Shown: one piece after another, positions 53,633 through 62,609 of the stretch
Layout of the letters: each line of letters begins with the position of its first letter
Position numbering within the stretch: position 1 is the first letter of the stretch
DNA from: a virus
IMG/VR virus record: IMGVR_UViG_3300021599_000885
Strand: one strand, 5' to 3'
DNA length: 64,000 nt
Notes under the pieces: model-generated
Database searches by the model: none
Seen by the model: only the letters and a program-made list of their open reading frames with translations
What the model was told of the DNA's origin: nothing
Made by a program: the position numbers and the translations under genes

Positions 53633-54041
53633 TCAAGTATTTGATTGATTGTCAATTAAATCTAATACCCAAGATCTTTCTCCTTCAGAACCTTCAACTT
53701 GTTTCCAATCTGAAATAGATTCATCCCATTCATATTGATGAGTAGTCATTGGTTTTGGAAATGGTGGTCTCCATTTTTTTCTTTCTGGATCATACCACCA
53801 CTGGTGGAATAAAAACTTGATGAACTTCATCATAGAAGTCACCTATCCCAGCATACTTATATCTAAAATTTGAATTATAAGAAGTTTGAACCCACTTTGT
53901 ATCTTGTCCTAATAAGTTTTTATTGAATTGAATTCCAATCTCTTCTGACTCATTTCCATTTTCATCCAAAATATCAGAGTTATTGACTACTGTTACTTGA
54001 AGTACTATATTATTTTCATCTAGTTCTGCGAAATGTGCCAT
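53633..54041 (-). pseudogene. Tail-fibre-associated protein split by a frameshift
   Basis: MAHFAELDENN...WVQTSYN..FR.KYAGIG..YD...VFIPP stops; WWYDPE..KWRPP.PKP...YEWDE...W continues in another frame. Confidence 0.65.
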
Positions 54042-54054
54042 AATTATTACTATA

Positions 54055-54906
54055 TTAAGTTACAGAGAATGTACCATTTGCGGTGAAATCGTGAATAGTA
54101 TAAGGAGATCCACCAACAGTCGCTGTTGTTACAGTTCCTCCTGTTGCTCTTTGTGTAGATCCAGCATAGCGAACGATGACTCTTCCTGATCCACCAGAGA
54201 AAGTACCTGCAGGGCCCAAGTAATTTCCGATAGCATTTCTAGCACCACCCCCTGTATTAGAAGCAGGTGATTGAGTCGTGGTTCCATCACCATTATTTCC
54301 GACACTACTCCATCCGGCACCACCCCCTCCAAAAGCAACTGTTAGTGAAGTCCCTCCTCTAAAAGTTGCTAAATCATAACCAGGTCCTCCAGCACCACCG
54401 ACAGGATATGGTCCTGGACTACCAGCACCACCTTTTCCTCCACCACCTCCTGCTCCCCATTGCGCGTTACTAGTGGATGATCCACCAGAATTTCCTTGAC
54501 CAGAAGTTCCGGATCCGCCGGCGCCACCACTGCTACCACCACTTCCAGATCCACCAGGTCGGCCTGTCCAGGCTACACCAGTATCACTTGCTGCTCCATA
54601 TCCACCACCAACAGCATTAGAAGCACCAGTAAATGAAGTTGGAGATCCATCGGCAGAACCACTTCCACCTCCACCAATTGTGACTGTAGAACTGCTTCCA
54701 GGATTTAATGTTGCCGAGTAAATATATAATCCCCCAGCACCACCCCCGCCGCCTCCATAGTAATTTGGCCAATAAACATCGTCATCTCTAGCAATAGGAT
54801 TAATTGCTAGAAGAGATGATGCTCCACCACCACCACCCATCATAAGAACTTCAACACTCAATGGTGATGAAGATGATCCCATAAAAAATGATTGAATAAT
54901 AGACAT
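54055..54906 (-). CDS. Glycine-rich virion/tip protein
   Basis: VEVLMMGGGGG, GGGGAGG, GGSGRVIVRY and ATGG...YTIHDFTANGTF. Confidence 0.8.
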   Translation of the reverse strand: MSIIQSFFMGSSSSPLSVEVLMMGGGGGASSLLAINPIARDDDVYWPNYYGGGGGGAGGLYIYSATLNPGSSSTVTIGGGGSGSADGSPTSFTGASNAVGGGYGAASDTGVAWTGRPGGSGSGGSSGGAGGSGTSGQGNSGGSSTSNAQWGAGGGGGKGGAGSPGPYPVGGAGGPGYDLATFRGGTSLTVAFGGGGAGWSSVGNNGDGTTTQSPASNTGGGARNAIGNYLGPAGTFSGGSGRVIVRYAGSTQRATGGTVTTATVGGSPYTIHDFTANGTFSVT

Positions 54907-54907
54907 A

Positions 54908-55789
54908 TTATGTTAATCCTGCTCCAAATATTACAAATGTATTAGACCCTACACACAAAATTGTACATACTCCATATTGTGCTAATGTTCTGTTTCCTGT
55001 ATTTGCCGTTCCTGCTGAACGTAAAGTAGTAGATGCTCCTTGAGTAATTGTTTGATTACTACCAGAATTATTATATATAGACACCGCATCTCCAACATTA
55101 AACACTGAGTTTGGAACAGTAACTCCACCAGTAGTTATTGATATATGCTTTCCAACATCACCAGATACCAAAGTGTATCCTGTTGTTTGGGAATTTTGAG
55201 GAATTGTTGATGGTCCAGCAACACCTTGTGCACCCTGTGCGCCAGTAGCACCTGTGGAACCTTGAGCACCTTGAGCACCAGTAGCACCTGTGGAACCTTG
55301 AGCACCTGTAGATCCTTGTGCTCCTTGAGCACCAGTAGCACCTGTGGAACCTTGAGCACTAGAACCTGTTGCACCCTGTGCACCTGTTGCTCCTGTACTT
55401 CCTTGTGCTCCAGTAGAACCTGTTGCACCCTGTGCTCCAGTTGCTCCAGTAGAACCTTGAGCACCTGTTGAACCTATACTACCTTGAGTTCCTTGAGCAC
55501 CAGTAGCACCTTGAGCACCTGTAGATCCTTGAGCACCAGATCCAGTGGCACCTTGAGCACCTGTAGATCCTTGAGCACCAGCGGTTCCTTGAGCACCAGC
55601 GGTTCCTTGAGCACCAGATCCAGTGGCACCTTGAGCACCTTGAGCACCAGTAGTACCTGTGGAACCTTGAACACCTTGTGCTCCAGGGTCTGGTATTCGT
55701 TGCCAGGCAGTCCCATTCCATTGCCACCTACGCCCATTGGCGACATAATAATCGTTTAAACTAGGGCTGGATGGAAAATCTAGCGCCAT
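54908..55789 (-). CDS. Collagen-like fibre protein
   Basis: (G-X-Y)n GAQ/GST/GAT tract; FPSSP...WQWNGTAW N-terminus; conserved C-terminal domain. Confidence 0.85.
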   Translation of the reverse strand: MALDFPSSPSLNDYYVANGRRWQWNGTAWQRIPDPGAQGVQGSTGTTGAQGAQGATGSGAQGTAGAQGTAGAQGSTGAQGATGSGAQGSTGAQGATGAQGTQGSIGSTGAQGSTGATGAQGATGSTGAQGSTGATGAQGATGSSAQGSTGATGAQGAQGSTGAQGSTGATGAQGAQGSTGATGAQGAQGVAGPSTIPQNSQTTGYTLVSGDVGKHISITTGGVTVPNSVFNVGDAVSIYNNSGSNQTITQGASTTLRSAGTANTGNRTLAQYGVCTILCVGSNTFVIFGAGLT

Positions 55790-55821
55790 TTATTACAAAC
55801 TTTTTGATTATTTATTCTAGA

Positions 55822-57885
55822 TTATAAGTACCGAATAATTTGAGTAGCAGAAGCATCTGATATTGAAAGTGATGATGTGCTTGATGATCCAAGTGTTCCA
55901 AAGGATAGACTTGGTGTTGAAGATGTAATAGTTGGAGTAGAATCAGTTGTTGTATAAGATGCTAACGTAAATCCACCATACGTTCCAGTAAAAGAACCAT
56001 CTATTGGAAGTTTTGCTACCATATGATCCCAATTTCCAGCAGTAGACTGATTCATACCAACAAAGTAAATACTATTTCTAACAACATAAAGATGGTGAGA
56101 ATTACTTTGTACAAAATTAGTTGAATGGGATATAGATCTCTTCCAAGAAATGTTTCCATTGGATTGGTTATATTTAAAAAGAAAAGACCTGAGAACAACT
56201 GATGGACTTGTTTGTAGAAGAGATCCTCCAACGTAAAGATTGCCATCATCATCCAAAGTCATTGCTGTAGCATAGATTCTACTTTCAGAGCTATGCTTAA
56301 TCTGCCATTGAATTACGCCAGAAGAATTTGTTTTCAATACATATCCATCATTATTACTATCAATAGCACCCACAAATATATTTCCACTACTATCAACACA
56401 TAATCCTCTAATTCCACTATTGGAAAGTATTGTAGAAAACTGTACCGTCTTTTGAAGAGTTCCCGATGAATTGAAATGAGAAACATTATTACCAAATCCA
56501 ACATAAACATCATCAGTTGTTCTATCTACAAAAACAACCATTCCAGAGTAACCAGTACCTGATGTTTTAGTCCACTGTAAAGTTCCTGAAGAATTATATT
56601 TTACAAGATACATTTGTTCATTACCGGCAGTTGCTGGAGAATTGACGTATCCAGTCCAATAAACATTTCCACTTGAATCACATCTTAAATCATAAGCTAC
56701 ATTATTAGCATATCCTGTTGTAATTTGTCTTTGCCATTGAATTGCTCCAGTCGAAGAGCTTAATTGCATTGTCCAGAACGGTTTGTATAATTCCGATGAC
56801 TGAGCACCAAAGATGTAAATATTACCACTAGAATCAATATCTATTCCAAGACCATATTCATAATTACCAGCACCAATATATTTTTGCCAAACAATCGCAC
56901 CATATTCATTTATTTTATAGATAAACCAATCATCATGTCCACCACTTCCCCTATTTGTATCACCAAAACCATAGTAATGTCCATCATAATATACACCAGC
57001 AGTACCTCTCTCAAGACTACTATAACCAACACTACTTATCCAATACGAAGAATCTGGATTAACTCCAGGTCCAGCATCATAAACTTCTGTAATTTGAGTA
57101 GAATTTAAAAGTGTTGCCCACGCTGCCGATTTATAGTATTTTCCACTAAAGGCACCATCACCATAAACATCAGCACTTACACCATATCCAGTTCTAGATC
57201 CTACTGGAGTATTGACAGATTCAGTCTCAGTATAATTATCTTCAAAGGTTCCATTCACATATAAACTAATTACACCAGAAGAATTGAATGTTATAGTTAT
57301 ATTATACAGAACTGAAGTTGAAAAAGTATAGTCAAATGTATGTTCTTCTTGCCATCCTGCTGTATAATCATAACTAGTGTATACAAGTTTTCCAGAAACA
57401 AAATAAAATCCAACATATCTTTGACCAGAACTTGGAATTGTATCTACTCCCATTAAAGCTTGTTTTGCAATATTATTGTGTTCATAAGTAACCCAAAATG
57501 TAAATGTCATACTACTATTTGGCCAATTCATTTGGTTTTTAGCGCCAATTGCTGGACCAACAAAACCAGCAAGAACTCCAGAAGTATCAGGATTCCAATT
57601 ATTATTCACAGACATATCCAAATATTCTCCATTAGAATTACTGGATAAAGTTGGATAATAATTATATGGAGTTTCAGTTTGACCAAACCTAGAACCATTA
57701 CGATTACTAGATCCTGCATTTACAGCAAAGGGATGTCCAGGTGCAAGACTTTGTAAAATATTTCCATTAGGTCTGTTATATATCCCATACACACTACTAA
57801 TATTATAATAATAAATACAATTCTCCAACGACGGAAGATCATTCAGTTGAGTATTAAATATTGTATATTGTTGTGGATGACCCAT
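55822..57885 (-). CDS. LamG/ConA-like plus beta-propeller virion protein
   Basis: TFTFWV...NITITFN...LYVNG...LLNSTQITEVY; repeated DSSGNIY..G and KYNSSG.LQW blades. Confidence 0.8.
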   Translation of the reverse strand: MGHPQQYTIFNTQLNDLPSLENCIYYYNISSVYGIYNRPNGNILQSLAPGHPFAVNAGSSNRNGSRFGQTETPYNYYPTLSSNSNGEYLDMSVNNNWNPDTSGVLAGFVGPAIGAKNQMNWPNSSMTFTFWVTYEHNNIAKQALMGVDTIPSSGQRYVGFYFVSGKLVYTSYDYTAGWQEEHTFDYTFSTSVLYNITITFNSSGVISLYVNGTFEDNYTETESVNTPVGSRTGYGVSADVYGDGAFSGKYYKSAAWATLLNSTQITEVYDAGPGVNPDSSYWISSVGYSSLERGTAGVYYDGHYYGFGDTNRGSGGHDDWFIYKINEYGAIVWQKYIGAGNYEYGLGIDIDSSGNIYIFGAQSSELYKPFWTMQLSSSTGAIQWQRQITTGYANNVAYDLRCDSSGNVYWTGYVNSPATAGNEQMYLVKYNSSGTLQWTKTSGTGYSGMVVFVDRTTDDVYVGFGNNVSHFNSSGTLQKTVQFSTILSNSGIRGLCVDSSGNIFVGAIDSNNDGYVLKTNSSGVIQWQIKHSSESRIYATAMTLDDDGNLYVGGSLLQTSPSVVLRSFLFKYNQSNGNISWKRSISHSTNFVQSNSHHLYVVRNSIYFVGMNQSTAGNWDHMVAKLPIDGSFTGTYGGFTLASYTTTDSTPTITSSTPSLSFGTLGSSSTSSLSISDASATQIIRYL

Positions 57886-58658
57886 TATACAAGACCAGCT
57901 CCACTAATGAAAAAAGTATCGGAAGATACGCAAATTACCGTAGCAATTCCTCTTTGAATTAAAGATTTATTTCCTGTAGTAGAAGTTCCTGCAGTGTACA
58001 TAGTAACACCAGATCCTTGAACTATTGATCTGGTTGCATTTGTGTTATTTACTATGGTTACAGTATCTCCAGCAGAAAATACTCCAGATGGAACGGTGAT
58101 ACTAATTGCTGCAGTAATTGAAATAATTTTACTATTATCTGATGCTACTAATGTATAATTTGAAGACTTTTCATTAAGAGTTAGAGTTCCAGGTGAACCC
58201 TGTACACCTTGAGCACCTTGAGCACCAGTAGCACCTACAGCACCCTGAGCACCAGTAGCACCTTGAGCACCTATAGTACCTTGAGATCCTGATGCACCTG
58301 CAGCACCCTGAGCACCAGTAGCACCTACAGCACCCTGAGCACCAGTAGCACCAGTAGCACCTTGAGCACCAGCGGTTCCTTGTGCTCCTACTGAACCTTG
58401 TGCGCCAGTAGCACCTGTGGAACCTTGAGCACCAGTAGCACCTGTGGAACCTTGAGCACCTTGAGCCCCTACAGCACCTTGAGCACCAGCGGTCCCTTGA
58501 GCACCTTGAGCACCAGTAGCACCTGTGGAACCTTGAGCACCTTGTGCTCCAGGATCACCAAGTCTTACCCAAGCAGTTCCATTCCAACGCCAAGTAGCAC
58601 CATTAGCGTTATACTCATCATTTAAAGTAGGACTAGCAGGAAAATTTAATGCAGCCAT
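57885..58658 (-). CDS. Collagen-like fibre protein
   Basis: Same architecture as 54908-55789. Confidence 0.85.
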   Translation of the reverse strand: MAALNFPASPTLNDEYNANGATWRWNGTAWVRLGDPGAQGAQGSTGATGAQGAQGTAGAQGAVGAQGAQGSTGATGAQGSTGATGAQGSVGAQGTAGAQGATGATGAQGAVGATGAQGAAGASGSQGTIGAQGATGAQGAVGATGAQGAQGVQGSPGTLTLNEKSSNYTLVASDNSKIISITAAISITVPSGVFSAGDTVTIVNNTNATRSIVQGSGVTMYTAGTSTTGNKSLIQRGIATVICVSSDTFFISGAGLV

Positions 58659-58782
58659 TATCTACGGTTTTTAGATATTTATTCTTAGCATGTAATTAGA
58701 AATGCAACATTAAATCTGTAACTTTTTTGCCAACCAATCACTTTAGTTAATATTAATTAAGATTTTTATCATCAACAATAAA

Positions 58783-58938
58783 CTACCATTTCCCAACAGG
58801 ACACGAAGAATTGCTAAGTCTTACCTTAATCGGCATAAAACACCCACACTTCTTACACTGTCTAGTTGGTTTGAAGAAATGTTCGCACTGTAAGCAAAGT
58901 TTCATTCTATCAACAGCTAACTGAATTTTTTCATTCAT
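58783..58938 (-). CDS. Small 6-Cys protein (51 aa), paralog of 42525-42890
   Basis: MNEKIQLAVDRMKLCLQCEHFFKPTRQCKKCGCFMPIKVRLSNSSCPVGKW. Confidence 0.8.
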   Translation of the reverse strand: MNEKIQLAVDRMKLCLQCEHFFKPTRQCKKCGCFMPIKVRLSNSSCPVGKW

Positions 58939-59485
58939 TTTTCAATTGCTCCTCTGCAAGTTCTACGATTAAATCATCATTTTCAAAAATTAAACTTTCT
59001 ATTGCATCTTCAACAGTAATACTATTTGTTACGACATATTCCTCAATTTTCTTATCCAACTCTTCTTTCAATCTATAATCATCATTTTTCTTGATAAAGT
59101 AATCTGCCATTACATATGATATGATAATTTGGTCTTTGTGAAAATTTGGTAGTGGTAAACCGCCATATAATTCAGTTGTAATTGGTGTTAAATCTACATC
59201 TGGAACATTATCACTAGTTGATGCTTGAGTTTGAATAGATTTTTCAAAAATTGTATTTGGCAATACAGAATTTTCCTTTCTAGTAGATTGCCTTTCTAAA
59301 TCTACAGAAACATTCGAATTAATCAAAGTTTGTGGGTCTGGTATAAATTCTGGATCATAATAAGATACTGCGTCATCAACATCTTCTAGAGAAAAATTTT
59401 CTCCAATAGGCACGATTGCCCACGAATTATCTTCAAACTCAACCCTGATTTGACCAGGAAGAACTTCTTTGATTATATACTTCAT
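58931..59485 (-). CDS. Hypothetical protein (possible fibre assembly factor)
   Basis: 184-aa ORF following the adhesin gene. Confidence 0.65.
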   Translation of the reverse strand: MKYIIKEVLPGQIRVEFEDNSWAIVPIGENFSLEDVDDAVSYYDPEFIPDPQTLINSNVSVDLERQSTRKENSVLPNTIFEKSIQTQASTSDNVPDVDLTPITTELYGGLPLPNFHKDQIIISYVMADYFIKKNDDYRLKEELDKKIEEYVVTNSITVEDAIESLIFENDDLIVELAEEQLKNE

Positions 59486-59510
59486 TATGTATCAATAAAT
59501 TTACAAGTAT

Positions 59511-60371
59511 TTATCCTATTCTACCATTTCTTGTGCCATTTGCAACCCAAGTAACATTTCCATTGTTAACGATATAAAATCCTGCTAAACCACCAGCAGT
59601 TCCTGCGGCACCAGACCCATTGTTGCCGTTTGCACCGGTGTTACCAGTATTACCACTGTTTCCGTAAGAACCACCAGTTCCACCTGTTCCACCAGCACCA
59701 GCATTTGTGCCACCTGCACTTCCAGAAGAACCAGATGCAGCAGCACCATCATAACCTTCACCTCTTCCACCATTACCACCAGAACCACCTGAGGTATAGT
59801 AAGTATTTGTATAGCAATATTTACATACTTTTTCCCATAATGTATAGTTTCTACCATCACCACAAGCTCTTATTCTTCTACATTCATCTTGACAGTTACA
59901 AGGGTGTGGTGGATTTAATTGATAACAAGGCATACTGTTTCCGCTACAAACAGTATTTGCCCAATATGATTCTCCAGATGATTGATAATATCCTCCACCA
60001 CCAGTGCCACCAACTCCTCCTCCTCCACCACCAGAGGAAATAGTGCCACGATTATCAATGAAAATATTAGAGGCACCAGCATTAATAGCATTTCCACCAG
60101 TTCCACTATTTGCGGCACCACCAGCACCAAGAATAGAACCCTCATTTACCAAAAGTATTCTTCCACCAAATCCTGACGGAATGTTTAAAGCATAATTTCC
60201 TGTGCTCGTGGCTCCAATAGTAACTCCACTAGCAATGACAACTCTTTTATTAATACCTGCTGAATACTTACTTGATCCAAAAAGAGTTTGTAAATTTAAA
60301 TTCTCTTGATTGGTTGTAATGTGATGAATTAATTCTGAAGATAGTAAATGAGGAACAGATGCAATAGTCAT
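59511..60371 (-). CDS. Gly-rich gp38-like adhesin
   Basis: LVNEGSILGAGG, GGNAIN and IDNRGTISSGGGGGG (T2 gp38-like motifs); Cys-rich insert. Confidence 0.8.
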   Translation of the reverse strand: MTIASVPHLLSSELIHHITTNQENLNLQTLFGSSKYSAGINKRVVIASGVTIGATSTGNYALNIPSGFGGRILLVNEGSILGAGGAANSGTGGNAINAGASNIFIDNRGTISSGGGGGGVGGTGGGGYYQSSGESYWANTVCSGNSMPCYQLNPPHPCNCQDECRRIRACGDGRNYTLWEKVCKYCYTNTYYTSGGSGGNGGRGEGYDGAAASGSSGSAGGTNAGAGGTGGTGGSYGNSGNTGNTGANGNNGSGAAGTAGGLAGFYIVNNGNVTWVANGTRNGRIG

Positions 60372-60374
60372 AAA

Positions 60375-61934
60375 TTACAACAATCCGCTACCAGAAATTA
60401 CAAATTCGTTACTTGCTATACATAAAACCGTTGCCAAACCTCTTTGCTGTAAAGTTCTATTGCCAGTATCAGAAGTTCCAGGAAGTCTTAATGTTGTAGA
60501 AGTACCCTGTGTGATTGTTTGTGAAGAAGCGGAGTTATTGTAAATTAATACGGTATTTCCTGCAGTAAAAGTATCAGAAGGAACAGTAACTCCTCCTGCA
60601 GTTATACTTATAATAGTTCCAGCGTCTCCTGCAACTAAAACATATGATGAAGATTTTGTGGTTACAGTTAGAGGTCTTGTTCCATCGGATCCTTGAGCAC
60701 CTGCCGTACCTTGAGCACCTTGAGCACCAGTAGCACCCTGACGACCTTGAGCACCCTGTGCTCCTACTGAACCTTGAGCACCTATAGTACCTTGAGCACC
60801 TATAGTACCTTGAGATCCTGCGGTTCCTTGAGCACCTTGAGCACCAGTAGTACCTTGAGATCCTGATGCACCTGCGGTTCCTTGAGCACCTTGAGCACCA
60901 GTAGCACCTTGAGCACCTATAGTACCTTGAGATCCTGATGTACCTGCCGTACCTTGAGCACCTTGAGCACCTGCGGTTCCTTGAGCACCTTGAGCACCTG
61001 TAGATCCTTGTGCTCCTACTGAACCTTGAGCACCAGTAGCACCTTGAGCACCTGTAGATCCTTGTGCTCCTACTGCACCTTGAGCACCTTGATAACCTTG
61101 TGCTCCTTGTGGTCCAGCAGTACCTTGAGCACCTGTAGATCCTTGTGGTCCTTCAATAGCATTGCTTGCCGTAACCCATTGAGATGTGTCTGCATCTTCA
61201 TAGTAAACGTAAAGGTTACCAGACTCACTATTCCACCAAAGATCGCCTGGTTGTGGTGATGATGGAGATGATGTTGATATTTGTACTAGTGTATCAGAAC
61301 TATTTGCAGATACCCATTGAGAACTAGAACCATCATTATAATATACTTTTAAATCTCCAGTATCACTTTCCCACCATAAGTCTCCAATATTTGGAGAACT
61401 TGGAGCAGTATCGCTAATAGTTACAGTCTCACTACCACCAGATGTTTCAACCCACTGTTCACTATTTCCATCCTGATAGTAAAGATATAGTTCACCTACA
61501 TCACTATCCCACCAAAGATCTCCCTGACTTACTCCACTTGGTGGTTCTGCACTAACAGTAACTCTGGGAGATATTGTAATTGTAGAAATAGATCCACTTG
61601 CAATGGCAGTTACACCAGTTCCTACAAAGTTTAGTTTTGATATACTATTGGCAGTTCCAACAAGAAATCCTTCGTCAAAGATACTTATTCCACCAGGTTG
61701 TAAACCAGGCTGTTCCTGCCAGTATCTATCATAAGTTGTACCGTTATTAACGGTAATCAACTGATAATACTTATCAGCAAGTGGTATTAATTTTTCTCCA
61801 ACATAACCTAAGTTGGGTTCGACCTCACCTGGATGAACATATAAATGACGGTCTGAAGATAACGCTTCAGTTCCTGCTATCTTTACTCTACCACTTATAT
61901 ATCGCTGTGTCGGCTTTCTTGTATTATCTGCCAT
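60375..61934 (-). CDS. Collagen-like fibre protein with three GDLWW repeats
   Basis: 3x S..P....GDLWW.S..G.L..YY.D..S.QWV; GAQ tract; shared C-terminal domain. Confidence 0.85.
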   Translation of the reverse strand: MADNTRKPTQRYISGRVKIAGTEALSSDRHLYVHPGEVEPNLGYVGEKLIPLADKYYQLITVNNGTTYDRYWQEQPGLQPGGISIFDEGFLVGTANSISKLNFVGTGVTAIASGSISTITISPRVTVSAEPPSGVSQGDLWWDSDVGELYLYYQDGNSEQWVETSGGSETVTISDTAPSSPNIGDLWWESDTGDLKVYYNDGSSSQWVSANSSDTLVQISTSSPSSPQPGDLWWNSESGNLYVYYEDADTSQWVTASNAIEGPQGSTGAQGTAGPQGAQGYQGAQGAVGAQGSTGAQGATGAQGSVGAQGSTGAQGAQGTAGAQGAQGTAGTSGSQGTIGAQGATGAQGAQGTAGASGSQGTTGAQGAQGTAGSQGTIGAQGTIGAQGSVGAQGAQGRQGATGAQGAQGTAGAQGSDGTRPLTVTTKSSSYVLVAGDAGTIISITAGGVTVPSDTFTAGNTVLIYNNSASSQTITQGTSTTLRLPGTSDTGNRTLQQRGLATVLCIASNEFVISGSGLL

Positions 61935-61940
61935 TTCTTA

Positions 61941-62600
61941 TTAAGTGGTGCTATTTTCTAGGAAACTACCAATAAATTCCATTTGTAGTGGACCAACAAG
62001 ACCGCCGCTTACATATGTATGGATAATTCCATTGGCGCTTCCTACAGTTGTTGTGAATGTTTTCGAACCTCCAACATCACTAGTTATGTTGTCTACAACA
62101 TAAGACTTTTGTGGACTTGGGAAAATAGTTGTGGTAATACCAGAACCTGATGGGCAGGTCATAGCAATACCAGACATAGTGATATCAGAACCAACAGTAA
62201 AGTTATGTGCTGTTAAAGTTGTAATAGTTGAAACACCAGTTGGTTCATCATAAGTTACATTTGTAATCGTTACAATACCAGTCTGTGTTCCAGTGATATA
62301 AAGTCTATCTAGAACTGTAGCAGTTTTTTCTAAAACCAAACGACCATCAATAAGAATAGCAGCATCGTTTGGTGGAACTTCAATATTTTTTATAATTCTA
62401 ATATCTCTTGTATTACCTGTACTTCTACTTTCTCTTCTGTGTATCAGAGTTGTAGTCGGATAGGTTCCAACTCCCACATTAGATACTTGTGCATAGAGTA
62501 AAATAGCAGAAGTGCCTGTAGGGACCTCGTATATTTTCTGTTCTCCTGGAGCCACAGGAACAGCGACTGTAAGAAACTTATTGACTGGTGCGATTGCCAT
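61941..62600 (-). CDS. Virion structural protein
   Basis: IYEVPTG...ILLYAQVSNVG...IPPNDA...GRLVLE. Confidence 0.75.
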   Translation of the reverse strand: MAIAPVNKFLTVAVPVAPGEQKIYEVPTGTSAILLYAQVSNVGVGTYPTTTLIHRRESRSTGNTRDIRIIKNIEVPPNDAAILIDGRLVLEKTATVLDRLYITGTQTGIVTITNVTYDEPTGVSTITTLTAHNFTVGSDITMSGIAMTCPSGSGITTTIFPSPQKSYVVDNITSDVGGSKTFTTTVGSANGIIHTYVSGGLVGPLQMEFIGSFLENSTT

Positions 62601-62609
62601 CTTATCTTA

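Noticed and set aside
42918-60371. Diversity-generating retroelement acting on the adhesins
   Set aside because: No reverse transcriptase in the window, and no template/variable repeat pair differing at adenines was seen.
55135-61259. Cys/Arg- or Leu/Val-repeat ORFs over the collagen genes
   Set aside because: Alternative-frame products of the (GGTGCTCAA)n collagen repeats.
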